Assembly: GCA_003139695.1 (NCBI GenBank) | Contig: PLJM01000028.1 | Location: forward strand, 1,573-65,572 | Source of the DNA: Candidatus Dormiibacterota bacterium | GTDB taxonomy: Bacteria > Chloroflexota > Dormibacteria > Dormibacterales > Dormibacteraceae | DNA: 64,000 bases | Direction: 5' to 3' | Shown: piece after piece, positions 8,730 through 18,489 of the stretch | How positions within the stretch are numbered: position 1 is the stretch's first letter | Layout of the letters: each line of letters starts with the position of its first letter | Position numbers and translations under genes: made by a program | Notes under the pieces: generated by a model | The model's input: only the letters and a program-made list of their open reading frames with translations | Database searches by the model: none | What the model was told of the DNA's origin: nothing

Positions 8730-9839
8730 TTAGAGTACGACCAGCGCGATCTGGTTGTGGAGATCCAGCCCTCGTCGGGTGGGCACGATGCGGCCGTCGT
8801 GGCGCTCGATCAATCCACCTTGCACGAGCTCATCCAGCTCTTTATCGAAACCGTCCGGCGCCTCCATGCCGCCGGCGGTCCGCAACCCGAGCATCAAAGC
8901 CTCGCCTTGCGCCTTTCGCGGCGCCAGCTCCTCCCCATCGGCCATCGGCTGTTGTGCGGCGATGTACTCTCGCGGCTTCGCGACGTTCCACCAGCGACGC
9001 GACGACCTGCCGTCCGTGGCATACGAATGGGCGCCTGCACCTGCTCCGTACACCGGGCGGCACCGCCAATAAGCGTGGTTGTGCCGTGACTCGAAACCCG
9101 GTTTGGCCCAGTTCGATACCTCATACCTGGTGAAGCCGGCGCGTTCCAGCTCCTCGCACGCTGCATCGAGCTGGTCCCACTGGAGGTCGGTCTCGACCTC
9201 CGGCACCCGACCCTCGGCGCGCCGGCGCCACAACAGGGTTCCCTCCTCGAAGGTCAGGCAATAGGTCGAGATGTGATCCGGGCCGAGGGCGATTCCGCGC
9301 CTCAGGGTCTCCAGCCACGAGTCTCGACTCTGAAATGGGACCGCGTAGATCAGATCGATGCTCACGTTCGGCATTCCCATCGACCGCGCCAGGGCGAAGG
9401 CACGTGTCGCCTGCGCGGCATCGGTCCTTCTCTCCAGGACCGCCAGAGCCCGCGGTTCGAATCCCTGCACGCCGAGGCTCAGGCGATTGACGCCCCCATC
9501 GAGCCAGGCCTGCATCTTTGTCTCGTCTGTGCTCGCGGGATTCGCCTCGAGCGTCACCTCCGCGTCAGGGGCGAGATCGAAGTTAGAGCGGACGAAGCGC
9601 AGCAGACTCGCGATTAGTTCGGCAGGAAGTAGGCTCGGTGTGCCGCCGCCGAGATACACGGTTTCCAGGCCGGCGAATGGAAATTGCGCGCGCGCTGCCG
9701 AGAGCTCCCGCTCGAGAGCGCCGACATAGTCAGGCATGAGCCTGTCCATCCCGGCATAGGCATTGAAGTCGCAGTAGCCGCATTTGTGCTTGCAGAACGG
9801 GAGGTGGATGTACAGGTGTTTGAAGGGGAGCGACGTCAT
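8730..9839 (-). CDS. hemW: radical SAM heme chaperone HemW / HemN-like oxygen-independent coproporphyrinogen oxidase family
   Basis: Starts MTSLPFKHLYIHLPFCKHKCGYCDF (CxxxCxxC). 369 aa from the ATG at 9839. The 153 upstream codons of the track ORF are Arg/Gly-rich and overlap the neighbouring gene. Confidence 0.9.
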   Translation of the reverse strand: MTSLPFKHLYIHLPFCKHKCGYCDFNAYAGMDRLMPDYVGALERELSAARAQFPFAGLETVYLGGGTPSLLPAELIASLLRFVRSNFDLAPDAEVTLEANPASTDETKMQAWLDGGVNRLSLGVQGFEPRALAVLERRTDAAQATRAFALARSMGMPNVSIDLIYAVPFQSRDSWLETLRRGIALGPDHISTYCLTFEEGTLLWRRRAEGRVPEVETDLQWDQLDAACEELERAGFTRYEVSNWAKPGFESRHNHAYWRCRPVYGAGAGAHSYATDGRSSRRWWNVAKPREYIAAQQPMADGEELAPRKAQGEALMLGLRTAGGMEAPDGFDKELDELVQGGLIERHDGRIVPTRRGLDLHNQIALVVL

Positions 9840-9853
9840 ATGCCCTTGGGAGC

Positions 9854-10315
9854 TCACGGCGTGGTCGTCTTCAGATCGGCCACCTCGGCATGGCTGAGCT
9901 CGATGAGTCGCTGGGGAGTGATCTCGAAGACCGAGTCGGGCCGCCCGGCCGCTGCCCACACCACGCCGTGGCCGAGCAGGTCGCGGTCCATGAACACCGG
10001 GACGTCCGTGGCATGCCCGAAGGGCGGAACGCCTCCGATCGAGTACCCGGTCGCATCGCGAGCTATACCGGCATCGGCCTTTGCGACCGGTGCTCCGGCC
10101 ACCGCCGCGAGCCGCAGTTCGTCCAACCGATTCGCGCCACTCACCAGCGCGACCACCGGTCTTCCAGCCGCCACGAACACGAGGGATTTCACGATCTGGC
10201 CCACCTCGCACCCGATCGCGTTCGCGGCGTCGATAGCGGTGCGCGTGCCTGCCGGGAACTGCTTGACCGCGATACCGACCCCAGAATCTGACAGCCACGT
10301 TTCGAACCGGCTCAT
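9854..10315 (-). CDS. YbaK/ProX-type aminoacyl-tRNA editing (deacylase) domain protein
   Basis: 153 aa from the ATG at 10315. Contains KSLVFV...LVSGANRLD...GYSIGGVPPFGH. Confidence 0.75.
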   Translation of the reverse strand: MSRFETWLSDSGVGIAVKQFPAGTRTAIDAANAIGCEVGQIVKSLVFVAAGRPVVALVSGANRLDELRLAAVAGAPVAKADAGIARDATGYSIGGVPPFGHATDVPVFMDRDLLGHGVVWAAAGRPDSVFEITPQRLIELSHAEVADLKTTTP

Positions 10316-10343
10316 TTCTGATTCAGGATAGGGTTGAGGCAAC

Positions 10344-11291
10344 TTGAGAGTCGTCGTCACCGGTGTCGCGGGCTTCATCGGATCCCACCTGAGCGAGCGC
10401 CTGCTGGCGGCCGGCCATGAGGTGGTCGGCATCGATTGCTTTGCGGACTACTACGAAAGGGCGCGGAAAGAACAGAACCTGGACAAGTCCAGGAGCCACG
10501 ACCGCTTCCACTTCGAGGCAGCGGACCTTGTGGATGCCGACCTCGCTCCCCTGCTCGACGGCGCCGACGTCGTCTATCACCTCGCCGGCCAGCCCGGCGT
10601 TCGACCCAGCTGGGGCAATCAGTTCGACCGTTACGTTCGCGACAACGTGATCGCCACCCAGCGCCTTCTCGAAGCCCTGAAGGACGCTCCTATCAAACGC
10701 TTCGTGTTCGCCGGGAGCTCCTCCGTGTACGGCGATGCCGAGAAATTCCCAACCAAGGAGACGGCGCTGCCTCGACCGCTATCGCCCTACGGCGTGACCA
10801 AGCTCGCCGCCGAGCACCTCACGAACCTCTACACAAGGAACTTCGGCATCCCGGCGGTTTCGGTCAGGTACTTCACCGTATACGGCCCGCGCCAGCGACC
10901 CGACATGGCGTTCTCGCGCTTCATGCAAGCCATGACCGCCGGGGACGACATCGAGGTGTTTGGCGATGGCGAGCAGACGCGGGAGTTCACCTACGTCTCT
11001 GATGCGGTCGACGGCACCATCAAGGCGTCGACAGCTGATGTTGTCGGCCAGATTTTCAACCTCGGCGGTGGCAGCCGAGTGACAGTGAACCAGGTGCTCG
11101 CAACGCTGGAGGAGATCAGTGGACTCAGCATCCGGAGACAGAACCTGCCGGCGGCGCCGGGCGATCCGCGTCACACAGGGGCGTCCATCAATCTGGCCCG
11201 GGAGAGGTTGGGCTGGGAGCCGCGGGTGTCCTTGGCGGAGGGCCTGGCCAAGCAATGGGAGTGGTTCCGGGCGACGGAGCCGGACCGTTAG
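10344..11291 (+). CDS. NAD-dependent epimerase/dehydratase (UDP-sugar epimerase/decarboxylase family)
   Basis: VVVTGVAGFIGSHL Rossmann motif and YGVTK catalytic YxxxK. 315 aa. TTG start. Confidence 0.85.
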   Translation: MRVVVTGVAGFIGSHLSERLLAAGHEVVGIDCFADYYERARKEQNLDKSRSHDRFHFEAADLVDADLAPLLDGADVVYHLAGQPGVRPSWGNQFDRYVRDNVIATQRLLEALKDAPIKRFVFAGSSSVYGDAEKFPTKETALPRPLSPYGVTKLAAEHLTNLYTRNFGIPAVSVRYFTVYGPRQRPDMAFSRFMQAMTAGDDIEVFGDGEQTREFTYVSDAVDGTIKASTADVVGQIFNLGGGSRVTVNQVLATLEEISGLSIRRQNLPAAPGDPRHTGASINLARERLGWEPRVSLAEGLAKQWEWFRATEPDR

Positions 11292-11309
11292 GTTAGAACC
11301 ACTCGAGCC

Positions 11310-13118
11310 TTATTCATCAAGCTTGAGCACCGCCATGAAAGCCTCTTGCGGGATCTCGATCGAGCCCACCCGCTTCATCCTCTTCTTGCCTTCCTTCTGC
11401 TTCTCCAGTAGCTTGCGCTTGCGCGTGATATCGCCGCCATAGCACTTGGCGAGCACATCTTTTCGCATCGCCGCGATTGTTTCGCGGGCGACTATCTTGC
11501 CGCCGATCGCCGCTTGAAGCGGGACGATGAACATCTGGCGCGGGATGATCGTCTTCAGCTTTTCGACCAGCTTGCGACCCTGGATCTGTGCCTTGCTCCG
11601 GTGCACGATCAGTGACAGCGCGTCCACCGGCTCGCCGGCCACGAGCACGTCGAGCTTCACGAGATCACCTTCGCGGAAGCCGATCATCTCGTAGTCCATC
11701 GACGCATATCCCTTGGACCTGGACTTGAGCTGGTCATAGAAGTCATGGATGATCTCGCCCAGCGGCATCTCGTACTCGATGACCACCCTGTCGCCGGGCC
11801 TGTGCTCCAGATGCTTGTATCCCCCGCGCCGTTCCTGGCACAACTCCATCATCGGGCCGACAAAGTTCGACGGAACGATGATCGACAGATTCACGAAAGG
11901 CTCCGCGATCAATTCAATCGTGGTCGGGTCTGGCATCAGCGCGGGATTGTCGACCTCGATGACCGCGCCGGTCTTGAGCGTCACCATGTACTCGACCGTC
12001 GGAGCCGTGGTGATGATATCCAGCTCGAACTCGCGCTCCAGGCGCTCCTGAACGATCTCGAGGTGGAGAAGGCCCAAGAACCCGCAGCGAAACCCAAAGC
12101 CGAGGGCCGCGGAGTTCTCCGGCTCGAACGACAGTGCGCCGTCGTTGAGCTGCAGCTTCTCGAGGGCTTCCTTGAGGTCGCCGAACCGTTCGGAGTCGGT
12201 CGGAAAGAGTCCGGCAAACACCATGGGCTTGACCTGTCGGTAGCCGGGCAGCGGTGTCCCGGCGCCATCGTCGGCAGTGGTGATCGTGTCGCCCACCCTC
12301 GCGTCGACCACGTTCTTGATCGCCGCGGTGACGTAGCCGACCTCGCCGGCGGTCAGCTTCTCCGCGGGCCTGGGGCCTGGAGCAAACCAGCCGACCTCGT
12401 CCACCTCGTGGACCTTGCCGGTGTTCATCATCCGAATCTTGGTGCGAGGAATGATCTCTCCGTCGACGACGCGCACGTAAGTGATCACTCCGCGATACGT
12501 GTCGTAGTGGGAGTCGAAGATGAGCGCGCGCAGCGGCGCTTTGGGGTCGCCATGCGGGGGCGGGACCCTGGCGATCACCGCTTCGAGGATGTCCTGGGTG
12601 CCGATGCCCTGCTTGGCGGAGGCGAAGATGACCTGATCGCGGGGGATCCCGGTGACGTCCGCGATCTCCTCCGCGACCATCTCGGGCTGCGCGGCGTCGA
12701 GGTCGATCTTGTTGACGACCGGCACCAGGGTCAGGCCGGCTTCAACGGCCTGGTAGAGGTTGGCCAGCGTCTGCGCCTCTATCCCCTGCGCAGCGTCGAC
12801 GACAAGGATCGCGCCCTCGCATGCAGCCAGCGACCGCGAGACTTCGTACGCAAAATCGACGTGGCCGGGCGTATCGATGAGGTTCAACTCGTAGGTCTTT
12901 CCGTCGCGGGCGGGATAGGTCATGCGGACGGCCTGCAGCTTGATCGTGATGCCCCGCTCTCGCTCGAGGTCCATGGTGTCGAGGACCTGGTCCTGCATAT
13001 CGCGCTGGCTGATCGAGTTGGTGAACTCGAGGAGCCGGTCGGCAAGCGTCGACTTGCCGTGATCGATGTGGGCGATGATGCAGAAGTTCCGCACCAGCGC
13101 CTGCTTCACGGTCAACAC
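11310..13118 (-). CDS. lepA: elongation factor 4 (LepA)
   Basis: [29 protein letters not shown]-motifs and a LepA-type C-terminus. 602 aa. Confidence 0.95.
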   Translation of the reverse strand: MLTVKQALVRNFCIIAHIDHGKSTLADRLLEFTNSISQRDMQDQVLDTMDLERERGITIKLQAVRMTYPARDGKTYELNLIDTPGHVDFAYEVSRSLAACEGAILVVDAAQGIEAQTLANLYQAVEAGLTLVPVVNKIDLDAAQPEMVAEEIADVTGIPRDQVIFASAKQGIGTQDILEAVIARVPPPHGDPKAPLRALIFDSHYDTYRGVITYVRVVDGEIIPRTKIRMMNTGKVHEVDEVGWFAPGPRPAEKLTAGEVGYVTAAIKNVVDARVGDTITTADDGAGTPLPGYRQVKPMVFAGLFPTDSERFGDLKEALEKLQLNDGALSFEPENSAALGFGFRCGFLGLLHLEIVQERLEREFELDIITTAPTVEYMVTLKTGAVIEVDNPALMPDPTTIELIAEPFVNLSIIVPSNFVGPMMELCQERRGGYKHLEHRPGDRVVIEYEMPLGEIIHDFYDQLKSRSKGYASMDYEMIGFREGDLVKLDVLVAGEPVDALSLIVHRSKAQIQGRKLVEKLKTIIPRQMFIVPLQAAIGGKIVARETIAAMRKDVLAKCYGGDITRKRKLLEKQKEGKKRMKRVGSIEIPQEAFMAVLKLDE

Positions 13119-13132
13119 GCTATGAATCGTAG

Positions 13133-13492
13133 GTGCCAGACCGGATTGACCGTGCCAAGATTGCCGGCAGCATGATCACGGCGCTCGGTTTGATCATTCT
13201 GCTTGCGGGCGGATTTCTGTACACCAAGGTTGTGGGCGACTTCCTCATCAGGCACGTGACCTCGCGATCGTTGGGTACCCTGGCACCGGGATACGCGGCT
13301 TCGCGCTCTGGCATCAGGGCCTACTCAAACGTCATTGCGTCGTTCGGCATCCTGGTCATCGGCCTTGGCGCCACCGATTGGGCGGGGAGCCTGGGCGCGT
13401 TTGTGGCAGTCGTCGGGCTGGTTAGTTTCGTCGGGTTCTCAGCCGCTGCGATTGCCGGCGAGGTGAAGACGTACCGCGCGCTGAAACGCTAG
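13133..13492 (+). CDS. hypothetical membrane protein
   Basis: 119 aa with 3-4 hydrophobic helices. No family recognised. Its stop shares CTAG with the convergent nadB stop. Confidence 0.4.
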   Translation: MPDRIDRAKIAGSMITALGLIILLAGGFLYTKVVGDFLIRHVTSRSLGTLAPGYAASRSGIRAYSNVIASFGILVIGLGATDWAGSLGAFVAVVGLVSFVGFSAAAIAGEVKTYRALKR

Positions 13493-14889
13493 ACCGCGAT
13501 CGGCGCGGGCTGGTCGAGTCGCTGGTGGGCGCCCAGGCTGAGCGGGCGGGCGAGTGCGGCCGAGCAAATCATCGAAGCCATCTCGGCGGCGTCCGCAGCC
13601 GTCGCGGAGCCGGCGCCTGACCCCAAAACCCGCAGGCCGCGCGCAAGCCCGCGCCCACTGCGGAGCACGCCGGCCGCGGAATCCAGGACGCGGCGGACTT
13701 CACCCAGGCTGAGCTCACCCCGCCTCCACATGTGACCTCGCGCGCTAGCGGACCCCACAATGGGCGCCGTGGCAGTAGCCGCTGCGGCTGCACGCCTTCC
13801 GAAAGTGGCTGCCTCGAGCAGCGAGTTGCTTGCCAACCGGTTGGCGCCGTGCACGCCGGTCCGTGCGCACTCGCCGGCAGCGAACAGGCCGGGGACCGAC
13901 GCCCTCCCATCGAGGTCGGTCGACACGCCACCCATCGTGTAGTGGGCCGCCGGCATTATCGGCACGGGCTCGTGCAGCGGATCGATCCCCGCGTGGCGGC
14001 AGTTGCGCATAAAGTTTGGAAAGCTCACGCGCAACAGCTCCGGATCCATGTGCGTTGCCGAGATGAACGCGGGGCCTCGATGCTTCGCCAGCGCCACTGC
14101 CACCTGGTCTCGCGGCAGAAGCTCGTCGATGAAACGCTCACCGGCTGCGTCGACCACCTGAGCGCCCGCGCCGCGTAGGGCCTCCGTGATGAGGAATGGG
14201 TGGGGACCAGCAAAGACGGTCGGGTGGAACTGGACGAACTCCAGGTCGGCGACATGCGCCCCGGCACGCGCCGCTTCGAGGATGCCCTTGCCGTTGCTCA
14301 GCCGGCTGTTGGTCGTGCGCTCGTACAGGCCGGCATACCCGCCGGTGGCGAGAATCGTTGCGCCGGCGTAAACAGTCAGGCCGCCGGAGAACTCCGCCCC
14401 TTCGCACACTCCGTCGCCAAGCAGTACATGCAGCCGCGCGGTGAAGCGGGTGATGCGTGGCTCGAGGTCGATCGCCGCATGCACGAAAGCCATGAGCGTG
14501 TGACCACTCTGATCGCCGCCGAGGTGAAGGACGCGAGCCATCGAGTGGGCCGCCTCGCGGGCAGCGTCACCATCGAAACGCACGCCAAGAGACTCCAACC
14601 AATGGACCGTCTCCGGACCTGCCGAGGTCAGCATCGTCACCGCGTCCGGATCGCACAGCCCGGCGCCTGCGGCGAGGGTGTCGATGGCGTGCAGCCGAGG
14701 CGAGTCCTCCGGCAGCACAGCGGCGGCGATACCGCCCTGAGCTCGCTCGGATGAGGCGGGGCCGGCCGACACGAGCGCGACGCGTGCGCCCAGGCGTGCG
14801 GCCTCCAGCGCTGCGGCGGAACCCGCGAGCCCGTCGCCGATGACCAGGATGTCAGTGGCAACCTGACTGCGGAGATCGGAATTGATCAC
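13489..14889 (-). CDS. nadB: L-aspartate oxidase
   Basis: FAD motif DILVIGDGLAGSAAA, and succinate dehydrogenase/fumarate reductase flavoprotein-like HYTMGG. GTGA overlap with the nadA stop. Confidence 0.85.
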   Translation of the reverse strand: MINSDLRSQVATDILVIGDGLAGSAAALEAARLGARVALVSAGPASSERAQGGIAAAVLPEDSPRLHAIDTLAAGAGLCDPDAVTMLTSAGPETVHWLESLGVRFDGDAAREAAHSMARVLHLGGDQSGHTLMAFVHAAIDLEPRITRFTARLHVLLGDGVCEGAEFSGGLTVYAGATILATGGYAGLYERTTNSRLSNGKGILEAARAGAHVADLEFVQFHPTVFAGPHPFLITEALRGAGAQVVDAAGERFIDELLPRDQVAVALAKHRGPAFISATHMDPELLRVSFPNFMRNCRHAGIDPLHEPVPIMPAAHYTMGGVSTDLDGRASVPGLFAAGECARTGVHGANRLASNSLLEAATFGRRAAAAATATAPIVGSASARGHMWRRGELSLGEVRRVLDSAAGVLRSGRGLARGLRVLGSGAGSATAADAAEMASMICSAALARPLSLGAHQRLDQPAPIAV

Positions 14890-15890
14890 AACTCGACCAT
14901 CCGCTGAATGGCGCCCCGAGCGCGGTCGGCAACGTCCTCTGGCACCTTGACCTCGAACACATCGTCGCGCAGCGAGATGAGCAGCTTCTCGAGCGTGATC
15001 TTCTTCATGTAGCGGCAGATGGCGCGCTCGCTCGCGGCGTAGAAACGACCCTGCGGCGCTTCCTTGGCCAGGCGATGCATGATTCCGAGCTCCGTCGCGA
15101 CGACGAAGCTTCGGGTCGGGTACTGCTGAGCGTGCTTGACCATGCCCTCAGTGCTCAGGATGTGAGTTCTGTCTGCGTCGATGTCGCCGCTCGCCTTGAA
15201 GTACATGCACTGGCTGGCGCAACCGCACTCGGGGTGAACGAGCAGGTCGGCGTCACCGTGCTCCGCGCGAGCCCTGTCGAGGTCGGCGGGCCTGATCCCC
15301 GCATGCACGTGGCACTCGCCCGGCCAGACATGCATCTTCCGCCCCGTGACTTTCTCCAGGTAGGTGCCAAGGAACATGTCGGGCAGAAATAGAATCTCCC
15401 TGTCTTCAGGGATCGCGCGGATGACGCGCTCCGCGTTGCCTGAGGTGCAGCAGTAGTCGCTGAGCGCCTTGACCTCAGCCGTCGTGTTGACGTACGAAAC
15501 CACGACAGCGTCGGGAAACTCCGCCTTCCATGCGGCCAGCTGCTCGGCGTTGATGGTCGCGGCGAGCGAGCACCCCGCGGCGAGGTCTGGGATCAGGACG
15601 CGCTTCTTCGGGCTGAGGATGACAGCCGTCTCGGCCATGAAATGGACGCCGCAGAACACGATCAGGTCGGACGGCGTCGCGGCGGCTTGCCGTGACAGTC
15701 CCAGCGAATCGCCTACGTAATCGGCCACGTCCTGCACCTCGGGCACCTGGTAGTTGTGCGCGAGGATCACCGCGTTGCGCTTGCGCGCGAGCTCGCGGAT
15801 TTCCGCGCTCATGCCCGCGATGTCGCGCGGCACGTCGCGCCGGGAATACTCTGCGGCGTCAGCCTCGAGCGAGATCGTCTCTACCGCCAT
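14886..15890 (-). CDS. nadA: quinolinate synthase
   Basis: 334 aa. Contains ILAHNYQ, VHFMAET, HPEC. Confidence 0.9.
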   Translation of the reverse strand: MAVETISLEADAAEYSRRDVPRDIAGMSAEIRELARKRNAVILAHNYQVPEVQDVADYVGDSLGLSRQAAATPSDLIVFCGVHFMAETAVILSPKKRVLIPDLAAGCSLAATINAEQLAAWKAEFPDAVVVSYVNTTAEVKALSDYCCTSGNAERVIRAIPEDREILFLPDMFLGTYLEKVTGRKMHVWPGECHVHAGIRPADLDRARAEHGDADLLVHPECGCASQCMYFKASGDIDADRTHILSTEGMVKHAQQYPTRSFVVATELGIMHRLAKEAPQGRFYAASERAICRYMKKITLEKLLISLRDDVFEVKVPEDVADRARGAIQRMVEL

Positions 15891-16729
15891 GTCCTTGTCA
15901 CCTCCAGGCTCAGGTCCAGCGCCGGCGCCGAGTGCGTAAGCGCTCCAACCGATATCCGGTCGACCCCGGCTCGCGCAGCTGCAACAGCTCCTTCCAAGGT
16001 CATGCCCCCTGATGCTTCCAACTTCGCGCGGCCCGCGGTGATTTCAACTGCTTGCCGCATCAGCTCGGCCGTCATGTTGTCGAGCAGCACGATCTCTGCC
16101 CCAACGTCGAGCGCCTCGGCCAGCTGCTCGAGCGTGTCCACCTCAACCTCCACGGCCATCCCGACCTTGCGCGCGCGCCTGATCGCTTCGCGCACTCCGC
16201 CCGCGGCCGCGACGTGGTTGTCCTTGATGAGGATCGCGTCCCACAAACCGTCGCGGTGGTTGTGACCGCCCCCGGCGCGCACCGCAGCGCGTTCGAGCGA
16301 GCGCAGCCCGGGCGTCGTCTTGCGCGTGTCGAGCAACGTGACTTTTGGGTAGGGCGCTAACGCGTCCGCATACCGGCGAGTCATCGTCGCTATTCCTGAA
16401 AGGCGCTGCAGGAAATTGAGCGCGGTGCGCTCGCCGATGAGGATCGAGCTCAAGGAGCCGCTGACCCTCGCGACCTCAGCGCCGGCCGCGAGCCGGGCGC
16501 CATCGGCAAGGAGGGCCTCGTATTTGCTGGCCGGATGGATCATTTCGAACACGCCCGCCGCGGCGTCGCTGCCGCTCAGCACACCCGGCTTGCGAGCGAT
16601 CACCACCGCTTCGCCCATCAGATCGGCGTCGACGATCGAGCTGGTCGTCACATCGACGTTGCTCTCGCCGAGGTCCTCGGCGAGGGCGGCCGCCACCACC
16701 TGGTGCAGGTCAGGCTTCGATGAAACCAT
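15881..16729 (-). CDS. nadC: nicotinate-nucleotide pyrophosphorylase (carboxylating)
   Basis: Contains LAEDLG, ERTALNFLQ, TRKTTPGLR, LDNM. ATG at 16729 is preferred over the TTG at 16750. Confidence 0.9.
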   Translation of the reverse strand: MVSSKPDLHQVVAAALAEDLGESNVDVTTSSIVDADLMGEAVVIARKPGVLSGSDAAAGVFEMIHPASKYEALLADGARLAAGAEVARVSGSLSSILIGERTALNFLQRLSGIATMTRRYADALAPYPKVTLLDTRKTTPGLRSLERAAVRAGGGHNHRDGLWDAILIKDNHVAAAGGVREAIRRARKVGMAVEVEVDTLEQLAEALDVGAEIVLLDNMTAELMRQAVEITAGRAKLEASGGMTLEGAVAAARAGVDRISVGALTHSAPALDLSLEVTRTWR

Positions 16730-17453
16730 CGGGCTCCTCGCGCAAGCCAAAGGCCTGCTGGGTGAAACGGAAGAGATATGCCTTCTTGCCGCGGACGCTT
16801 CGCTCCTTGCCGGTCTGCTCGATCACGCCGCGGTCGACGACCCTGCGCCAGAAGTTGCCTCGATTGATCGACAGCCCAAGGACCGCCTCGTAGACGTGCT
16901 GGAGCTCCGAGATCGTGAACTCGGAAGGCAGCAGCTGGAATCCAACCGATGAGTAGCCGACCTTGCTCCGCAGGCGCCGCACCGCGTAGTCGACAACCTC
17001 GCGATGGTCGAACGCCATCTCGACCGGCAACCGTCTCACCGGGTGCCAGTCCTGCTCAACCCCATCCTTCTCGCCCGCGCACGCCTCAGCCGCTGCGACA
17101 GGCACGATCGCGAGGTACGCGACGGACAGCACGTCGCCGCGTGGATCGCGCCCAGGCACCACGACATGGCCGGCGCTATCCAGCTGCTGGGGCCGGTGAA
17201 AGGTCTTGAGCTGCTCGATCCAGCCGCCGTCGACCCCCGTGATGCCGACCTGGAGGGCGCGCGCCTGTGAGTCGAGCGAAGAGCCGGGGCAGCGCAAGCC
17301 GCCGGGGAGCGCCCAGAAGCCCGGGTACGGTGGCTCGGTCCGCCGGCGAAGGAGCACGCTGAGCTCGCGACCCGCAAGCGTGAAGACGGCCAGGTCGACC
17401 GAGACCGGACAGCTCGAATCTATGAGGTCACGCGAAACCTTTTGCTCCACCAT
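16710..17453 (-). CDS. nrtR: NrtR-type Nudix-related transcriptional regulator (degenerate Nudix box plus C-terminal wHTH)
   Basis: Nudix-fold N-terminus (FWALPGG...) lacking the REx2EE glutamates. C-terminus FTISELQHVYEAVLG...NFWRRV is typical of NrtR. First gene of the nadCAB operon. Confidence 0.7.
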   Translation of the reverse strand: MVEQKVSRDLIDSSCPVSVDLAVFTLAGRELSVLLRRRTEPPYPGFWALPGGLRCPGSSLDSQARALQVGITGVDGGWIEQLKTFHRPQQLDSAGHVVVPGRDPRGDVLSVAYLAIVPVAAAEACAGEKDGVEQDWHPVRRLPVEMAFDHREVVDYAVRRLRSKVGYSSVGFQLLPSEFTISELQHVYEAVLGLSINRGNFWRRVVDRGVIEQTGKERSVRGKKAYLFRFTQQAFGLREEPDGFIEA

Positions 17454-17499
17454 CCCATGCCCAATGTTATCTCATTTCGAAGCGACATGGGAAGCGAAC

Positions 17500-18168
17500 T
17501 TATTGACGTGTCACCAGGGCCGTCGCCAGGGCCACCAGGGCCGCCGTGTCGGCGCGCAAATTGCGCGGGCCCAGGGTGGCCTTTTGAGGCACCAGCGCAA
17601 GCTCTCGGTCCGACCAGCCCCCCTCGGGGCCGACCAAGAGTGTCAAGTTTTGGGGCTCCGGCATGTCCGCCAGCCGTACTGGCGCGGAGCGCACGAGCAT
17701 CACCGGGTTCTCGTTCATGTCGACTACGTCTTCGAGCGATGACGGCCCAAGGACGTCGGGGACGCCCAGCCTGCCGGCGAGCATCGCCGCCTCGCGGCAG
17801 ATGGTCCGCCAGCGTTCAGGCTTGGCACCGCGCGCCACACTGCGGTCGGCCTGGACGATGTGAAAAGCATATGCGCCGGCCTCTGTGCATCGGGAGAGGA
17901 CGAGCTCGAGCGCGGGAGCAGGCAGGTGGGCGATGGCGATCACGATTAGTGCCAACGGCTCAGGGTCGTGCGCACGCTCGGAGACAACAGTGCCCTCGAC
18001 CCGTTCCGCGGTGACTCGATCAAGACGTAGCGTGAGCATGAGTCCTGCCGGGTCGACCACCTCGATCTTCTCCCCCACCCGCGCCCGCAGCGAGCGAGCG
18101 AGATGGCGAGCGTCGTCGCCCAGGATTACTGCGCGCTCACCATCTCGCTGGACAAAAAATGAAGGCAA
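17500..18168 (-). CDS. rsmE: 16S rRNA (uracil1498-N3)-methyltransferase RsmE
   Basis: 222 aa. GPEGGWSDRE ... LGPRNLRADTAA C-terminal SPOUT motifs. Confidence 0.8.
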   Translation of the reverse strand: MPSFFVQRDGERAVILGDDARHLARSLRARVGEKIEVVDPAGLMLTLRLDRVTAERVEGTVVSERAHDPEPLALIVIAIAHLPAPALELVLSRCTEAGAYAFHIVQADRSVARGAKPERWRTICREAAMLAGRLGVPDVLGPSSLEDVVDMNENPVMLVRSAPVRLADMPEPQNLTLLVGPEGGWSDRELALVPQKATLGPRNLRADTAALVALATALVTRQ

Positions 18169-18171
18169 CCG

Positions 18172-18489
18172 TTACATCGCGTTGAAGGTTTCGTAGACCG
18201 CGATCTCGCCGCCGCTCCTGATGATGGGACAACCCTTCGCCAGCTTCGTCGCCTTGTCAAGCGAGGGGGCATCGATGATGCTGTAGCCGCTCGCGCGCTT
18301 GCCAATCGGCCCTTTCGCGGTGCTGCCATCAGCCCTGATCTTGTTGACCGCCCCAGAAAACGGATTGCCACCGTCCACCATCGCCGGCCCGACTTTCGCG
18401 AACCATTTCTCCCACTGCTTCAAGACCCGCGCTTGCGCAGCCGGCGACTCCGGCATTCCTCCGCCGTAATAGACGAGCAAGTACTTCAC
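18172..18489 (-). CDS. YCII-related domain protein
   Basis: 105 aa. MKYLLVYYGG..., GYSIIDAPSLDKATKLAKGCP..IAVYE pattern. Confidence 0.55.
   Translation of the reverse strand: MKYLLVYYGGGMPESPAAQARVLKQWEKWFAKVGPAMVDGGNPFSGAVNKIRADGSTAKGPIGKRASGYSIIDAPSLDKATKLAKGCPIIRSGGEIAVYETFNAM

Noticed and set aside
8730-10298. N-terminal extension of hemW (522-aa ORF)
   Set aside because: The radical-SAM core begins at the internal Met. The extension is Arg/Gly-rich and overlaps the YbaK-like gene in another frame.
17454-17499. NrtR operator upstream of nrtR
   Set aside because: Only weak dyads are visible (CCCATG/CATGGG, and one around TTCGAA). I do not remember a lineage-specific NrtR box well enough to call one.
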